This document shows, piece by piece, positions 1 to 9,250 of a DNA stretch of 64,000 nt (its first letter is position 1; every line of letters begins with the position of its first letter). The DNA comes from an uncultured archaeon (lineage in GTDB: Archaea; Thermoplasmatota; Penumbrarchaeia; JASLWR01): positions 9,154 through 73,153 of the forward strand of contig CAYSHM010000008.1 of assembly GCA_964430885.1 (NCBI GenBank), in the 5' to 3' direction. The notes under the pieces are model-generated. The model made no database searches. It was not told the origin of the DNA and saw only the letters and a list, made by a program, of their open reading frames with translations. Position numbers and translations under genes: made by a program.

Positions 1-2
1 GG

Positions 3-536
3 TACCACCCGGTCAGTCGGAGCTCGGGGATAAAGGCATCTGAAACAGGCCGTCCGCCCCGGAACGAACACCGACACCCGTCCTTCCAGACCCTGACAGG
101 CGCCGTGGAACATGGGAATACCCAGCTCCAGTGACGCTTTATTCAGAACATACCTTGATGCAAAATTATCCAGACAGTCAACAATGATATCATGTCCCGA
201 GCACAGTTCCAGTGCGTTATCCTCATCCAGCTTGACCGGATGACAATCCAAAGCAACCTCGGAATTAAGAATTGATAATTTTTCAAAGGCGGAATCGATC
301 TTCAAAACACCGATATCATACTCAGAATGAAGGATCTGGCGGTTCAGATTGGAAACATCGACCTTATCAGGGTCCACAAGGGAGATGCTGCCTATACCTG
401 CCGCAGCGAGATAATAGCTCACAGCGGAACCCAATCCTCCAACTCCTACGATCAGGACCCTCGCCTGGGATAACTTCTCCTGTCCCTCTTCCCCGAAACC
501 ATCCATGATGATCTGGCGGGAATACCGGGAACCCAA
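3..536 (-). CDS. ThiF/MoeB/HesA family E1-like adenylyltransferase (UbaA-like), truncated at window edge
   Basis: Not in ORF track. Manual translation from TTG at 536: MGSRYSRQIIMDGFGEEGQEKLSQARVLIVGVGGLGS...VDPDKVDVSNLNRQILH...DCLDNFASRY...GRTACFRCLYP. Contains the RYSRQ, GxGGxG, SNLNRQ and CxxC hallmarks. Confidence 0.9.
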   Translation of the reverse strand, partial: MGSRYSRQIIMDGFGEEGQEKLSQARVLIVGVGGLGSAVSYYLAAAGIGSISLVDPDKVDVSNLNRQILHSEYDIGVLKIDSAFEKLSILNSEVALDCHPVKLDEDNALELCSGHDIIVDCLDNFASRYVLNKASLELGIPMFHGACQGLEGRVSVFVPGRTACFRCLYPRAPTDRVV

Positions 537-538
537 AA

Positions 539-3500
539 CTATCCTTCCTCCTTTTTTGGTGCAGGCGGTTTGGGTTTTCTTACCTTCTTGACAGCGGGTT
601 TTCGAGGTCTCTTCCTGGGAGGTGCAGGTGCTGCCTTCTTCTTCGGTTCTTCATCAGCTGGATTTTTCTCTCCAGGCTCGTCCACCTCGGGTTCCACCTC
701 GGATCCATCCTCTTCAGGTTCTTCATCCACCTGTTCCACCCGATCTTCCTCCTTCTCTTCCCCCTTCTTCCTGAACCTGGGGTAGATCCAGATGAATATC
801 AGAAGCAGTCCCAGGAAAATGAACAGTCCTAGTGCATAATAGTTAATGGTGAACTCCTTTTCGGAGCTGATGCTCACAAGGAGCACCGCCGTGTCATTGG
901 CCATATCATCATCTGTTACAGTAAGAACAACAGTGAAGTTGCCGTCCCTCTTGAACTTGTGCTCCACCTCCATACCCTCACCGGTCTTCCCGTCGTCGAA
1001 ATCCCATCTGTACTTTAGGATGGGCTGGTCTGATGGTGTATCAGTGGAGTTCTTGGCCGTGAAAACTATAGTTGAACCCTTCTTGGATGTGTAATTGGCC
1101 TCAGCGCTGGGAACCTTGTTGTAGATGGTAATGGGTGAAACGACCGATCCGACCCTGGGATCATCAAGATCAAGGTCGGTAATCCAGACCGTGATGTTGT
1201 AGGTACCCGATTTATAATAGGTATGGCTGGCATCAAGGGAATAGTTCTGGACCGATCCGTCGCCGAAATCCCAAACAATGTTCTGGTAGAATATCTCCGA
1301 TTCGTCGTCAGGATCGAAGGAATCATAAAGGCTCATGAATATGGACTCGTCCTCCTGTCCCCTCCCGGGAACGCTTATCTTGACAACGGGCGGGGCGTTG
1401 GAGACGCTGAAATAGATGGAGAATGTACTTTTCATACCGTAGTTGTCCCAGACCGAAAGAACTGTCTTGAACTCTCCCTTTGATTTGAAGGTATGTATCA
1501 CCGAGGTCTTGTTCTGGGAAACCTTGGTTCCGTCCCCGAAGTCCCATTTGGTGTTCACTATGCTCCCGCCTATGTCCTCAGAGGTGGACTGGAATTCCAC
1601 AGGCTGTCCGCCGGGAATGTCGACATAGCCCGAGGAGAGATTCAGGGGTCCCGATGCGTTGATGGCTGCTATGAAAGAAGCCTTGGGGGGCAGATTTGTA
1701 TAGAAATCCTGGCTGATGTGAACGGACTCCTCTTCCGAATCCTTCACATAGAGTGATACGGTGTATCGGCCCAACTCATCAAAGGTATGTTTGACCTTGC
1801 TGCCGTAGCCCATTACCTTGCCGTCCAGAAGCCAGGTGTAGTTAATAAGATTGCCGTCAGGGTCCATGGAGCCTGCAGATGTGAAGGTGTAGGGAAATCC
1901 CACTTCAAGGACGTTCTCGGCCTCAAGGTTCTCCTCCACATCCATGACCGGTATGGGAGGCCTGTTGTCCAAAAGAAGATGCATCAGCCCCCTGCCGAAC
2001 TGGAAATTGTCCAGTATCTGGTCCTGGTATTCCGCCAGGATATTATCATCCTCCAGAATACCCTCTATTACCACGGAGAACCTTCCGTAACCCACCTCGG
2101 AGAAGGACGACAGGTCCCCGGCCGTACCTTTTGTGGAAAGTATGTGAGAATCACCTCCCCTGATGAACCTGGTGTGATTGCTGTAATATACGTTGTCAAC
2201 ATACTCGAAGTTGCCGGTATCGTGGTTAACAAGGTCGGTAGTGCCGCCGGAAAAACTGCCCTCCTCTGACCAGCTCATGTTGGCCAGATCAAGAAGCGGT
2301 TCAGTGGCGTTCAATGAACCAGGCCCCACAATAAGGACGCTCTTGCCTTCATTCAGAAACTGGCTTATCTCAGAAAGCTCCAGAGGCGAGTATTCGACAA
2401 AAGGTGAGGCAGTTATGAACAGATCGTTCCGATTAAGGGCATACTTGATACCCGCATCATCCAAGAGCTCTATGTCATAGCTTTCCAGAAGGTATTCATC
2501 TGTGAGAATCGTATAGTTGAGCGAATTGCCGTGGAAGTTATCTATAAGTATCCTCTTCTTGGTATTAACGAACCTGGAATGGTAATAGCCTGTCATGGGT
2601 GATCGGGCATTGTTACCCGAGATAGATGAATCCGTAGCCTCTATCCAGTAATATACATCTGTGCCGTTGGGCTGGGGCGGGATGCTTCCGGAATACTCGG
2701 GATACTGGTTCTCCAGCATGTCAACCTCCACTGCGGGTGTTCCAGCGCCGGTATCATTTAGCTTATAATATATGTGAGTGTTATTGGTATCGATGCCCAT
2801 GGTGTCCATGATGGTGGCCGTGACTATGTAGGGCTCCTGTAGGTCCTTGATGAACTCCTTGGGAAAATGGGTGATACACGGCGGAGTTTTGTCAAGGCCC
2901 ACCCAGAAGGTATGAAGGGTCTCGTTCACCTCGGGTTGGGCGTTCCTGGGGTCTGTGAAGGTGGAATTGTCATCCAGGTAGAGCGTGATATAGTAATAGA
3001 CCCGGGTATTGTTCAGAGCGGCATCTATCTCAGCGGTATAAAGACCGCCCTGTTCGCTGAAAGCTATGGACTGGAAACTGCTGCCGTCAATGGAATAGTT
3101 GAGATCGACGCCTACTATCGTACCTTCTGGCGCATTTATCCTGGCCTGGAAGGTGTAGGGCCCGTCAAGGTCCTCGGTGTCCTCAAGAGGCTCATGAGTA
3201 ATGGATATCTCCGTAGGCTCGTCGAACTCCGCAAGGAACTCGTCCCAGTTCAGCTCGGAGAAATCGAAGTTCTGCTTGTACTTGGTCCTGTAGCTTGTGC
3301 CCTGAAAATTGGAGGGAAACCATACCGCGAGTCCTTTTGAAGTAGGATGCTGGGAGCCCGTTCCTGAAGCGATGATGGCGGATTCCAGTACGGTCCTGAA
3401 CTCCTGGGCTCTCTGGGTCAGTGCTAGGGGCAGTGAAGAGCGGGAATCGGTCAGGGCCTTTGCGAAACTGTAGAGGTCCTTGTAATTGGACTTGGGCGAG

Positions 3501-4522
3501 TTGGCCCTGGTCCTTGCGTTCCTTATTGACCCCTGATGCTCGTACATGTCAGATATCAGCATCTCGGCGAGATCGGTGAAAGTGTCCAGAAGAAGGTTCT
3601 CCATTATACCTATATCAAGGGCCATCATGGTGAGGTAGCTCTTGTCGTACTGCTCCAGATATCGCTCCACTATCTTTATGGCCACGTCTCTTGTGGAGGA
3701 TGTGGGATTCTCGGATATGCTGGCCAAGGCCCTCTCATAATCCCAGCCCGGAGCAGGTTCCTCGTCAGAAGAGCCAATCATATAATCGGTATATTTCCTG
3801 AACTCGTAGGCGGTCTCAAGGTAGGCGAAATAGCATACGTCAGCTGCTATTATGTCAAAATGAAGGGAATGGGAAGCGTTGAGGTCCGACAGTACCGATG
3901 AGATCTCCCAGATCTCCAGGTCGCTCCCTCCGGTCCAATCCTGGCACAGGCCCCTTGTGGGATCGTCATCATCCCCGCCCATACTGCGTCTGAAAAGACC
4001 GTTGCCATGGTCCCACAGTACTAGCATATATCGCTCTGCCGGAAAGGATTCCACACCCCAGATAAGAAACTCCTTCAGGGTCCCGGGGTCGCTCATATCC
4101 CGCTCTCCCATAGTGTCGTTCAGGGGCAGTGTGGCTATGTTCTGAGGGTCGTAATCCTGCTCCACCAGGAAACGCCGGGTATCATTCCAGTTGCCGTTGC
4201 TGCTGTCCCCGCCGGGTCTTCTGTCGAACTGGACCACGATATTTAAGTTGGAGTCGCTCCCTATCATCTCCATCTCGTTGAAATCGGCTATACCCACATC
4301 CTCCAGGTCGTTATCCGCAGCCATGTAAACGAAAACCGACCACTTCTTGGCAGCCCGGGTATCCTCGGAAATCCAGCGATAATTCTCCTCGGAAGCTTTT
4401 CCGGGAGTTATCACAAGACCGGATAGGATGATCATAGCTGTCAATATGAGCACAAGCCCGCCAAGAGGCAGACGGTGAACACTGCCCCTTCTATTCGATA
4501 CAAGAGAAGTCCCTGATCTCAT
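539..4522 (-). CDS. Membrane-anchored clostripain-family (C11) cysteine peptidase with Ig-like and PKD domains
   Basis: Signal-like N-terminus; WSVFVYMAADNDLE; catalytic His (WDHGNG) and Cys (ADVCY); several WDFGDG PKD repeats; C-terminal TM helix followed by an acidic then Pro/Lys-rich tail. Confidence 0.88.
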   Translation of the reverse strand: MRSGTSLVSNRRGSVHRLPLGGLVLILTAMIILSGLVITPGKASEENYRWISEDTRAAKKWSVFVYMAADNDLEDVGIADFNEMEMIGSDSNLNIVVQFDRRPGGDSSNGNWNDTRRFLVEQDYDPQNIATLPLNDTMGERDMSDPGTLKEFLIWGVESFPAERYMLVLWDHGNGLFRRSMGGDDDDPTRGLCQDWTGGSDLEIWEISSVLSDLNASHSLHFDIIAADVCYFAYLETAYEFRKYTDYMIGSSDEEPAPGWDYERALASISENPTSSTRDVAIKIVERYLEQYDKSYLTMMALDIGIMENLLLDTFTDLAEMLISDMYEHQGSIRNARTRANSPKSNYKDLYSFAKALTDSRSSLPLALTQRAQEFRTVLESAIIASGTGSQHPTSKGLAVWFPSNFQGTSYRTKYKQNFDFSELNWDEFLAEFDEPTEISITHEPLEDTEDLDGPYTFQARINAPEGTIVGVDLNYSIDGSSFQSIAFSEQGGLYTAEIDAALNNTRVYYYITLYLDDNSTFTDPRNAQPEVNETLHTFWVGLDKTPPCITHFPKEFIKDLQEPYIVTATIMDTMGIDTNNTHIYYKLNDTGAGTPAVEVDMLENQYPEYSGSIPPQPNGTDVYYWIEATDSSISGNNARSPMTGYYHSRFVNTKKRILIDNFHGNSLNYTILTDEYLLESYDIELLDDAGIKYALNRNDLFITASPFVEYSPLELSEISQFLNEGKSVLIVGPGSLNATEPLLDLANMSWSEEGSFSGGTTDLVNHDTGNFEYVDNVYYSNHTRFIRGGDSHILSTKGTAGDLSSFSEVGYGRFSVVIEGILEDDNILAEYQDQILDNFQFGRGLMHLLLDNRPPIPVMDVEENLEAENVLEVGFPYTFTSAGSMDPDGNLINYTWLLDGKVMGYGSKVKHTFDELGRYTVSLYVKDSEEESVHISQDFYTNLPPKASFIAAINASGPLNLSSGYVDIPGGQPVEFQSTSEDIGGSIVNTKWDFGDGTKVSQNKTSVIHTFKSKGEFKTVLSVWDNYGMKSTFSIYFSVSNAPPVVKISVPGRGQEDESIFMSLYDSFDPDDESEIFYQNIVWDFGDGSVQNYSLDASHTYYKSGTYNITVWITDLDLDDPRVGSVVSPITIYNKVPSAEANYTSKKGSTIVFTAKNSTDTPSDQPILKYRWDFDDGKTGEGMEVEHKFKRDGNFTVVLTVTDDDMANDTAVLLVSISSEKEFTINYYALGLFIFLGLLLIFIWIYPRFRKKGEEKEEDRVEQVDEEPEEDGSEVEPEVDEPGEKNPADEEPKKKAAPAPPRKRPRKPAVKKVRKPKPPAPKKEEG

Positions 4523-5401
4523 CTAACTGTCACCCTTGTCATCCTTGGTTCTTTTCGGTTCAGATGCATTATCCTTTTCTGGTTCCGTCTTTTCATTCTT
4601 GACCTTTTTCCCCTCTTCCCCCTTTTCCTTCTTATCCTTGGAGGGTTCGTCTGCCTTGAACATGTCCGAATCCCTCCTCCCCACAAGGATGAACCAGATT
4701 ATGAAGATAATTATCACCACTCCCAGCTGCCCGTACTTCCACCAGAATATGTGGATATCGTTCCAGGTTTCTACACCGAACCAGTTGAGGAGAGGGCCGT
4801 TCAGGACCAGACGGAGTTGGTTCTCAAGGAGGATTACACCGCTGAGAACGGCGGCCCATTTGAGACGTTTCTTCATGGTCATGTTTACGTTGAACCCGAT
4901 TATCATGGCAGTAATGAACATGATCTCCTGAAAGGCCACGCAGTCAGGTATAACGCTCATGGTATAGGGAGCGTCCAGACTGGCGTAGGTGTAGGTAAGA
5001 GTGGGTGAATATTTCGGTTCGTAGAAACCGTATTCCACAGGTATGCCGAATATCTTGGAAATATAATATGCGGACCTTGCAGTTATTATTTGAAAAAAAT
5101 AGAAGGGTCTCCAGCCGGCTATCTCTATCATCTTTCCGTTGTTGGTCCACACACCCCAGTAATGAAGAATGAGCCGTCCCAAAAGATAAGTGGGGAGAAC
5201 CCATATTATAAGGGATATATAGGTCTTGCCGGTCTTCTTGAAAAAGGAACCCAGAGGTATGTCCACATCCTTTTTCTTATTCTTCACAGGGGTCTTCTTC
5301 ACCCCCTTTTTTCCCCTACTAGTTTTCGGAGAAGGTCCCTTTGCAGTTGTTTTCTTCCCCGGATTACTGCCCTTTTCCATCATAATTATAATGGCCATCA
5401 A
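4523..5401 (-). CDS. Exosortase/archaeosortase family membrane protein
   Basis: Multi-TM protein with VIPDCVAFQE (Cys), ENQLRLV (Arg) and NDIHIF (His), in the order of the exosortase/archaeosortase triad; Lys-rich termini. Confidence 0.75.
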   Translation of the reverse strand: MMAIIIMMEKGSNPGKKTTAKGPSPKTSRGKKGVKKTPVKNKKKDVDIPLGSFFKKTGKTYISLIIWVLPTYLLGRLILHYWGVWTNNGKMIEIAGWRPFYFFQIITARSAYYISKIFGIPVEYGFYEPKYSPTLTYTYASLDAPYTMSVIPDCVAFQEIMFITAMIIGFNVNMTMKKRLKWAAVLSGVILLENQLRLVLNGPLLNWFGVETWNDIHIFWWKYGQLGVVIIIFIIWFILVGRRDSDMFKADEPSKDKKEKGEEGKKVKNEKTEPEKDNASEPKRTKDDKGDS

Positions 5402-5532
5402 TCTATTTTAAAACTATCTCAATTTTATTACATACCAATATTCCCAGGATTTGGAACAGCTTCCGTTCACTGTCTTTGACCCACGAAAACAATTTTCCCT
5501 TCCTACCAAACAAGATCCCAGCAAATCCGCCT

Positions 5533-5880
5533 CTACTCCAGGGCCACGAACACCGATCTCCGCATCTGACCCCTTACCGCTCTGCTCTTGTGACCTTTAC
5601 CGGTGGTGTCCTCCACTAGCACAATATCACCGGAATCGAATATCCTCCTCTCCCCGTCGCTCACCTGGATATCCACCTGGCCCAGCATGATGATGTACTG
5701 CCTTCGGGGCGCGGTATGCCAATCATAGTCATAATCCCCCCCTGTCTCCCTGAAGGATATGCTCGACACATCAATCGGGTCGGACAGCCTCCCGATGCTT
5801 CCACTGTCCTTCAAGGGTACCTCCATATCCTGAAAATGGGATTCCCCCTGCTCGTCCGAATAGATCCTTGTTATTATCAT
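5533..5880 (-). CDS. Small cupin-fold protein
   Basis: MIITRIYSDEQGESHF...WHTAPRRQYII...GDIVLVEDTTGKGHKS. Start reassigned to the ATG at 5880 because the upstream part of the track ORF (to 6078) looks non-coding. Confidence 0.8.
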   Translation of the reverse strand: MIITRIYSDEQGESHFQDMEVPLKDSGSIGRLSDPIDVSSISFRETGGDYDYDWHTAPRRQYIIMLGQVDIQVSDGERRIFDSGDIVLVEDTTGKGHKSRAVRGQMRRSVFVALE

Positions 5881-6210
5881 CTTGATCAATGGTGAATGAG
5901 GCTTTTGGTAAATATTGCTGCCCGTTAGAATAACCATGATGAAGAAGGGATCCCTTAAGAATATCTGGGAACGGAAGATGACGAAGATTTTAAATTTAAA
6001 AAGACTCCGATACCTAGACCTATCATAGCACAAGGGAATCCTTGTGATTCGAACTGATTTCCTACTACATGAAAACATTAATAAAGGGAATGAGTTGTTT
6101 TCCTAATTGCCCCTAATGATCCGATATCAGCTGGCAGTCCGTATTGATTTATTCGTTATCCGGCATTCAGGCGGTTCATATTTTATCCAATCAAACCCAT
6201 AGGTGCCCCC

Positions 6211-7068
6211 ATGAAGATCGTCGCAGGAAGTTCATCATCAGCATTGGCCGGCAAGCTCGCTTCCGAGCTGGGATGCGATCTGTGCAGAGTAGAGATTAAT
6301 AGGTTCCCGGACGGCGAATGCTATGTGAGGATACTTGAGGACCTAGAAGGACAGAAGGTGTCCATAGTATCAAATTCCCACCCGGATGTGAATATTATAG
6401 AGCTCATGCTTCTTCAGGATGCAGTTAGGGAATCCGGGGCGGCCCTAGTGGTTACAATTATTCCGTATTTCGGTTATGCCAGGCAGGACAAGGTGTTCAA
6501 AGCCGGTGAGACAGTATCCGCTTTTAGCATGGTAAAACGCATTCAGCTGGGCACCGACAGCATCATACTGGCGGACATACACGAGGCGAAGATACTGGAT
6601 TGGTTCCATGTGCCTGCCTTCAATGTGACGGCTTCGGTTGAGATGGGCAGAATCCTTAAGAACAGAGGCGTGGACCTGATCGTAGCACCCGACATGGGAG
6701 CAAAGGATATCGCTGAAAGAGTCGCCCAGAGCATGGACGCCGAGAGCGATTTCATAGTTAAAAAGAGATTGGATGCCAATAACGTGGCAATGAAACTGAA
6801 CCATATCAAGGCCAGGGGAAGGAACATCTGCATAGTGGACGACATCATATCCACGGGTTCAACAATGATCACTGCTGCTGAGAACCTGTATTCCCGGGGG
6901 GCGAATAAAATTTACGCTGCAAGCACCCATGGACTTTTCTCCAAGGAAAACCTGGCTAGACTTCGGGAAAGGCTCACTGGCATTTTCACGTCAGATTCCC
7001 TGGAAAATGAAAGCACAGTCTTCTCACTGGCGCCGGCAATAGCCCAATCGGTCAAAAACAACTTCTAA
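6211..7068 (+). CDS. prs: Ribose-phosphate pyrophosphokinase
   Basis: FPDGECYVRI, PYFGYARQDK, and PRPP-binding VDDIISTGSTM. Confidence 0.95.
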   Translation: MKIVAGSSSSALAGKLASELGCDLCRVEINRFPDGECYVRILEDLEGQKVSIVSNSHPDVNIIELMLLQDAVRESGAALVVTIIPYFGYARQDKVFKAGETVSAFSMVKRIQLGTDSIILADIHEAKILDWFHVPAFNVTASVEMGRILKNRGVDLIVAPDMGAKDIAERVAQSMDAESDFIVKKRLDANNVAMKLNHIKARGRNICIVDDIISTGSTMITAAENLYSRGANKIYAASTHGLFSKENLARLRERLTGIFTSDSLENESTVFSLAPAIAQSVKNNF

Positions 7069-7073
7069 TAATA

Positions 7074-8324
7074 TCAGTCGAACCATTCGTCCTCATCAAA
7101 ATCCTCACCCGTCCCTTTACTCTTTTCTGCTGACCTTTCCACCGATCGGCGGTTTTTGCAGCGGGACCCCCCACTACCGGATCTCCTGCCCCTTTTTCTA
7201 CCGGATCTCCTACCCTTTCCCCGCCGTCCACGGGACCTTCTACCCACCGATATCCCTTCATCATTATCATCACGAAGGTCCTCTTCAGGACTGGCCCGGC
7301 CGAAATCATTATCCACCTCATCACCCTTTTCAGCAATGGAACCGGCCCCGTCCCCATTTTCTTCGGGGTCATCCTCTATCACCTCAATGGTATCAGGAGG
7401 ACCGTCCTTATCAGCGTGAAACTCCCTTTCACCAGCACCAGCATCCTCTGATTCAGCCTGGTCATCCTTCTTCCGTCCCTTGATGGCCTTCTTGGTAGCA
7501 CTGGCAATGAAGCTTATGACAATGGGCAGACAGAGAACCGCAATTATCACCACAATGAACATGTACCTGCTGGTCCGGGGTATGGGATTGTTGTTCTCGG
7601 AAAGCCATAACTTGGCAACCCCCATCCAGGGAAGTTCGCCCCGGGCCTTGCCGATTATCCACTCCGGCTGTACAGGCCTGACCTTTTCAGCACCAGCATC
7701 AAGGTTTCCCTGGTCAATGCTGTTGCCGTTGTGGTCACCCAGGGTCACGAAACCGGAATGATAGGCCCGGTCACTGAAACATTTGTTGTGAATGTTATTG
7801 AGGTTGATGGTTATCTCTATCTTACTGTAGCCGTAATTGTTGATGGCTATGGTGAACTCACGGCCCAGGTTCCACCAGCGTCCAGGATCGTCGGGTTTGA
7901 GATACCAGTCGGCGTCAAGACCGTACTTGAGTTTTCCAAGTGCGGGTATATCGAAACTGCTGTCGGTGGATTTGTTCAGACCAAGATACAGCACTGGACG
8001 GTGTATGACAGGAGTATCCTTGTTATTGTTCTTTCTGTAAATGATAACATCGCCGTACTGGCTGTAGGTCTTATATCCCTTGGACATCCCCTCTACATAG
8101 CTGATAATGTCATCCTCGTTGTCGGTCTCCTTGACCAGCACCAGGTCCCCGGTGTCTATCACTCCCACCTCGCTGTCGTCGCCGTGCTGCATGGAATTGG
8201 ATTCTATAACAACCAGTGGAGGCCAGTTCCCGGTATATATGAAAAGACCCACCAGAAGAAGCATTATGATGGCTGCCGACACGGCCACATCCCTAATAAA
8301 ACCTAGGACACCCTTAAATTTCAT
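7074..8324 (-). CDS. S26 family signal peptidase I (archaeal type) with long charged C-terminal tail
   Basis: TM then VVIESNSMQH (Ser), GDLVLV, PVIHR (His), TLGDHN, WIIGKARGELPW; second TM followed by a disordered tail. Confidence 0.85.
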   Translation of the reverse strand: MKFKGVLGFIRDVAVSAAIIMLLLVGLFIYTGNWPPLVVIESNSMQHGDDSEVGVIDTGDLVLVKETDNEDDIISYVEGMSKGYKTYSQYGDVIIYRKNNNKDTPVIHRPVLYLGLNKSTDSSFDIPALGKLKYGLDADWYLKPDDPGRWWNLGREFTIAINNYGYSKIEITINLNNIHNKCFSDRAYHSGFVTLGDHNGNSIDQGNLDAGAEKVRPVQPEWIIGKARGELPWMGVAKLWLSENNNPIPRTSRYMFIVVIIAVLCLPIVISFIASATKKAIKGRKKDDQAESEDAGAGEREFHADKDGPPDTIEVIEDDPEENGDGAGSIAEKGDEVDNDFGRASPEEDLRDDNDEGISVGRRSRGRRGKGRRSGRKRGRRSGSGGSRCKNRRSVERSAEKSKGTGEDFDEDEWFD

Positions 8325-8435
8325 CGGAAGACCTCTCTCAAATAACTATACCCCAAAACCCATTATTGTTAATAATCATTTAGATTGTTTTCATTGTAAA
8401 CCCGCAACTTTTAGTCAAGGGTATTTCTAAATAGA

Positions 8436-9248
8436 TTATTTCAAAAAGGTCCATCTCTCATCTCCGTACTTCTCCGCTATAAGGCGGTCTCGCTCCACCA
8501 TTTCTTCCCGGGTGTAGGATGAAGGCATGAGCTCCACCGAGAAAGCGTCCTCAAAACCCCTAATGAGACATGATATGAGCTCCTTAATTTCGGGTAGTGG
8601 GTGGAGAAGGTCCTTAAGAGAGGATGCTTTCCTGAGAAAGAAGGTGGCGTAGCTGTCCCATTCCTTTTTGGGTATACCCATAACACCTAGCTGTTTCTCC
8701 ACATCCCAATCCAGGGGAAGCGAACCGTGCTGAAGAATGATCTTGTCACGTCTGGTCTGGGCCGAACCTATAAGCTTTCTACCCCCAGCGAGTATTTCAA
8801 AGGATGATGGAACTGTGAAACATACCTGTGTCCCCGGCCGTCCCGCCTTTTTCTCAGGAACCATCTCGGCATTTACCCCCATGTATTTCAGACCCAATAA
8901 CAGTGCCTGGGAAATGTTTTTATACGAGTCCGTGACCCCTGGTGAGGATATGATCCTGTGATTGGACGGTATGACTATTGAATAGGTGATCTCCATATGA
9001 TGGAGGACGGCCTTTCCTCCTGTTAGGCGTCTCACAAGGTCTACTTCATTCCTTCGGCATTCCTCAATGGAAACCTCTTCCCTGGCCCTTTGTAGATATC
9101 CCAAGGACAGAGCAGGGGGGGACCATGTATAGAACCTGATGCATGGAGCGGAACTGCTTTTAACAACGCTGTTCAAGAGACTCTCGTCCAGGGCCATGTT
9201 CTCCGCACCCGTGAGGGCCCTATCTATGAACAGTCTGAACGTCTCCAT
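8436..9248 (-). CDS. Lipoate-protein ligase A / octanoyltransferase family protein
   Basis: NMALDE, RRLTGGKAVLH, KLIGSAQ, LQHGS motifs. Confidence 0.9.
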   Translation of the reverse strand: METFRLFIDRALTGAENMALDESLLNSVVKSSSAPCIRFYTWSPPALSLGYLQRAREEVSIEECRRNEVDLVRRLTGGKAVLHHMEITYSIVIPSNHRIISSPGVTDSYKNISQALLLGLKYMGVNAEMVPEKKAGRPGTQVCFTVPSSFEILAGGRKLIGSAQTRRDKIILQHGSLPLDWDVEKQLGVMGIPKKEWDSYATFFLRKASSLKDLLHPLPEIKELISCLIRGFEDAFSVELMPSSYTREEMVERDRLIAEKYGDERWTFLK

Positions 9249-9250
9249 CC

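Noticed and set aside
272-508. Track ORF on + strand (78 aa)
   Set aside because: Antisense shadow of the ThiF/MoeB gene on the minus strand.
5936-6057. Possible box C/D sRNA (ATGATGA...CTGA), CACAAGG-GAAT-CCTTGTG palindrome, and a 30-codon ORF
   Set aside because: C-to-D distance of about 120 nt is too long, internal boxes are poor, and there is no SD for the ORF. The palindrome alone is not enough.
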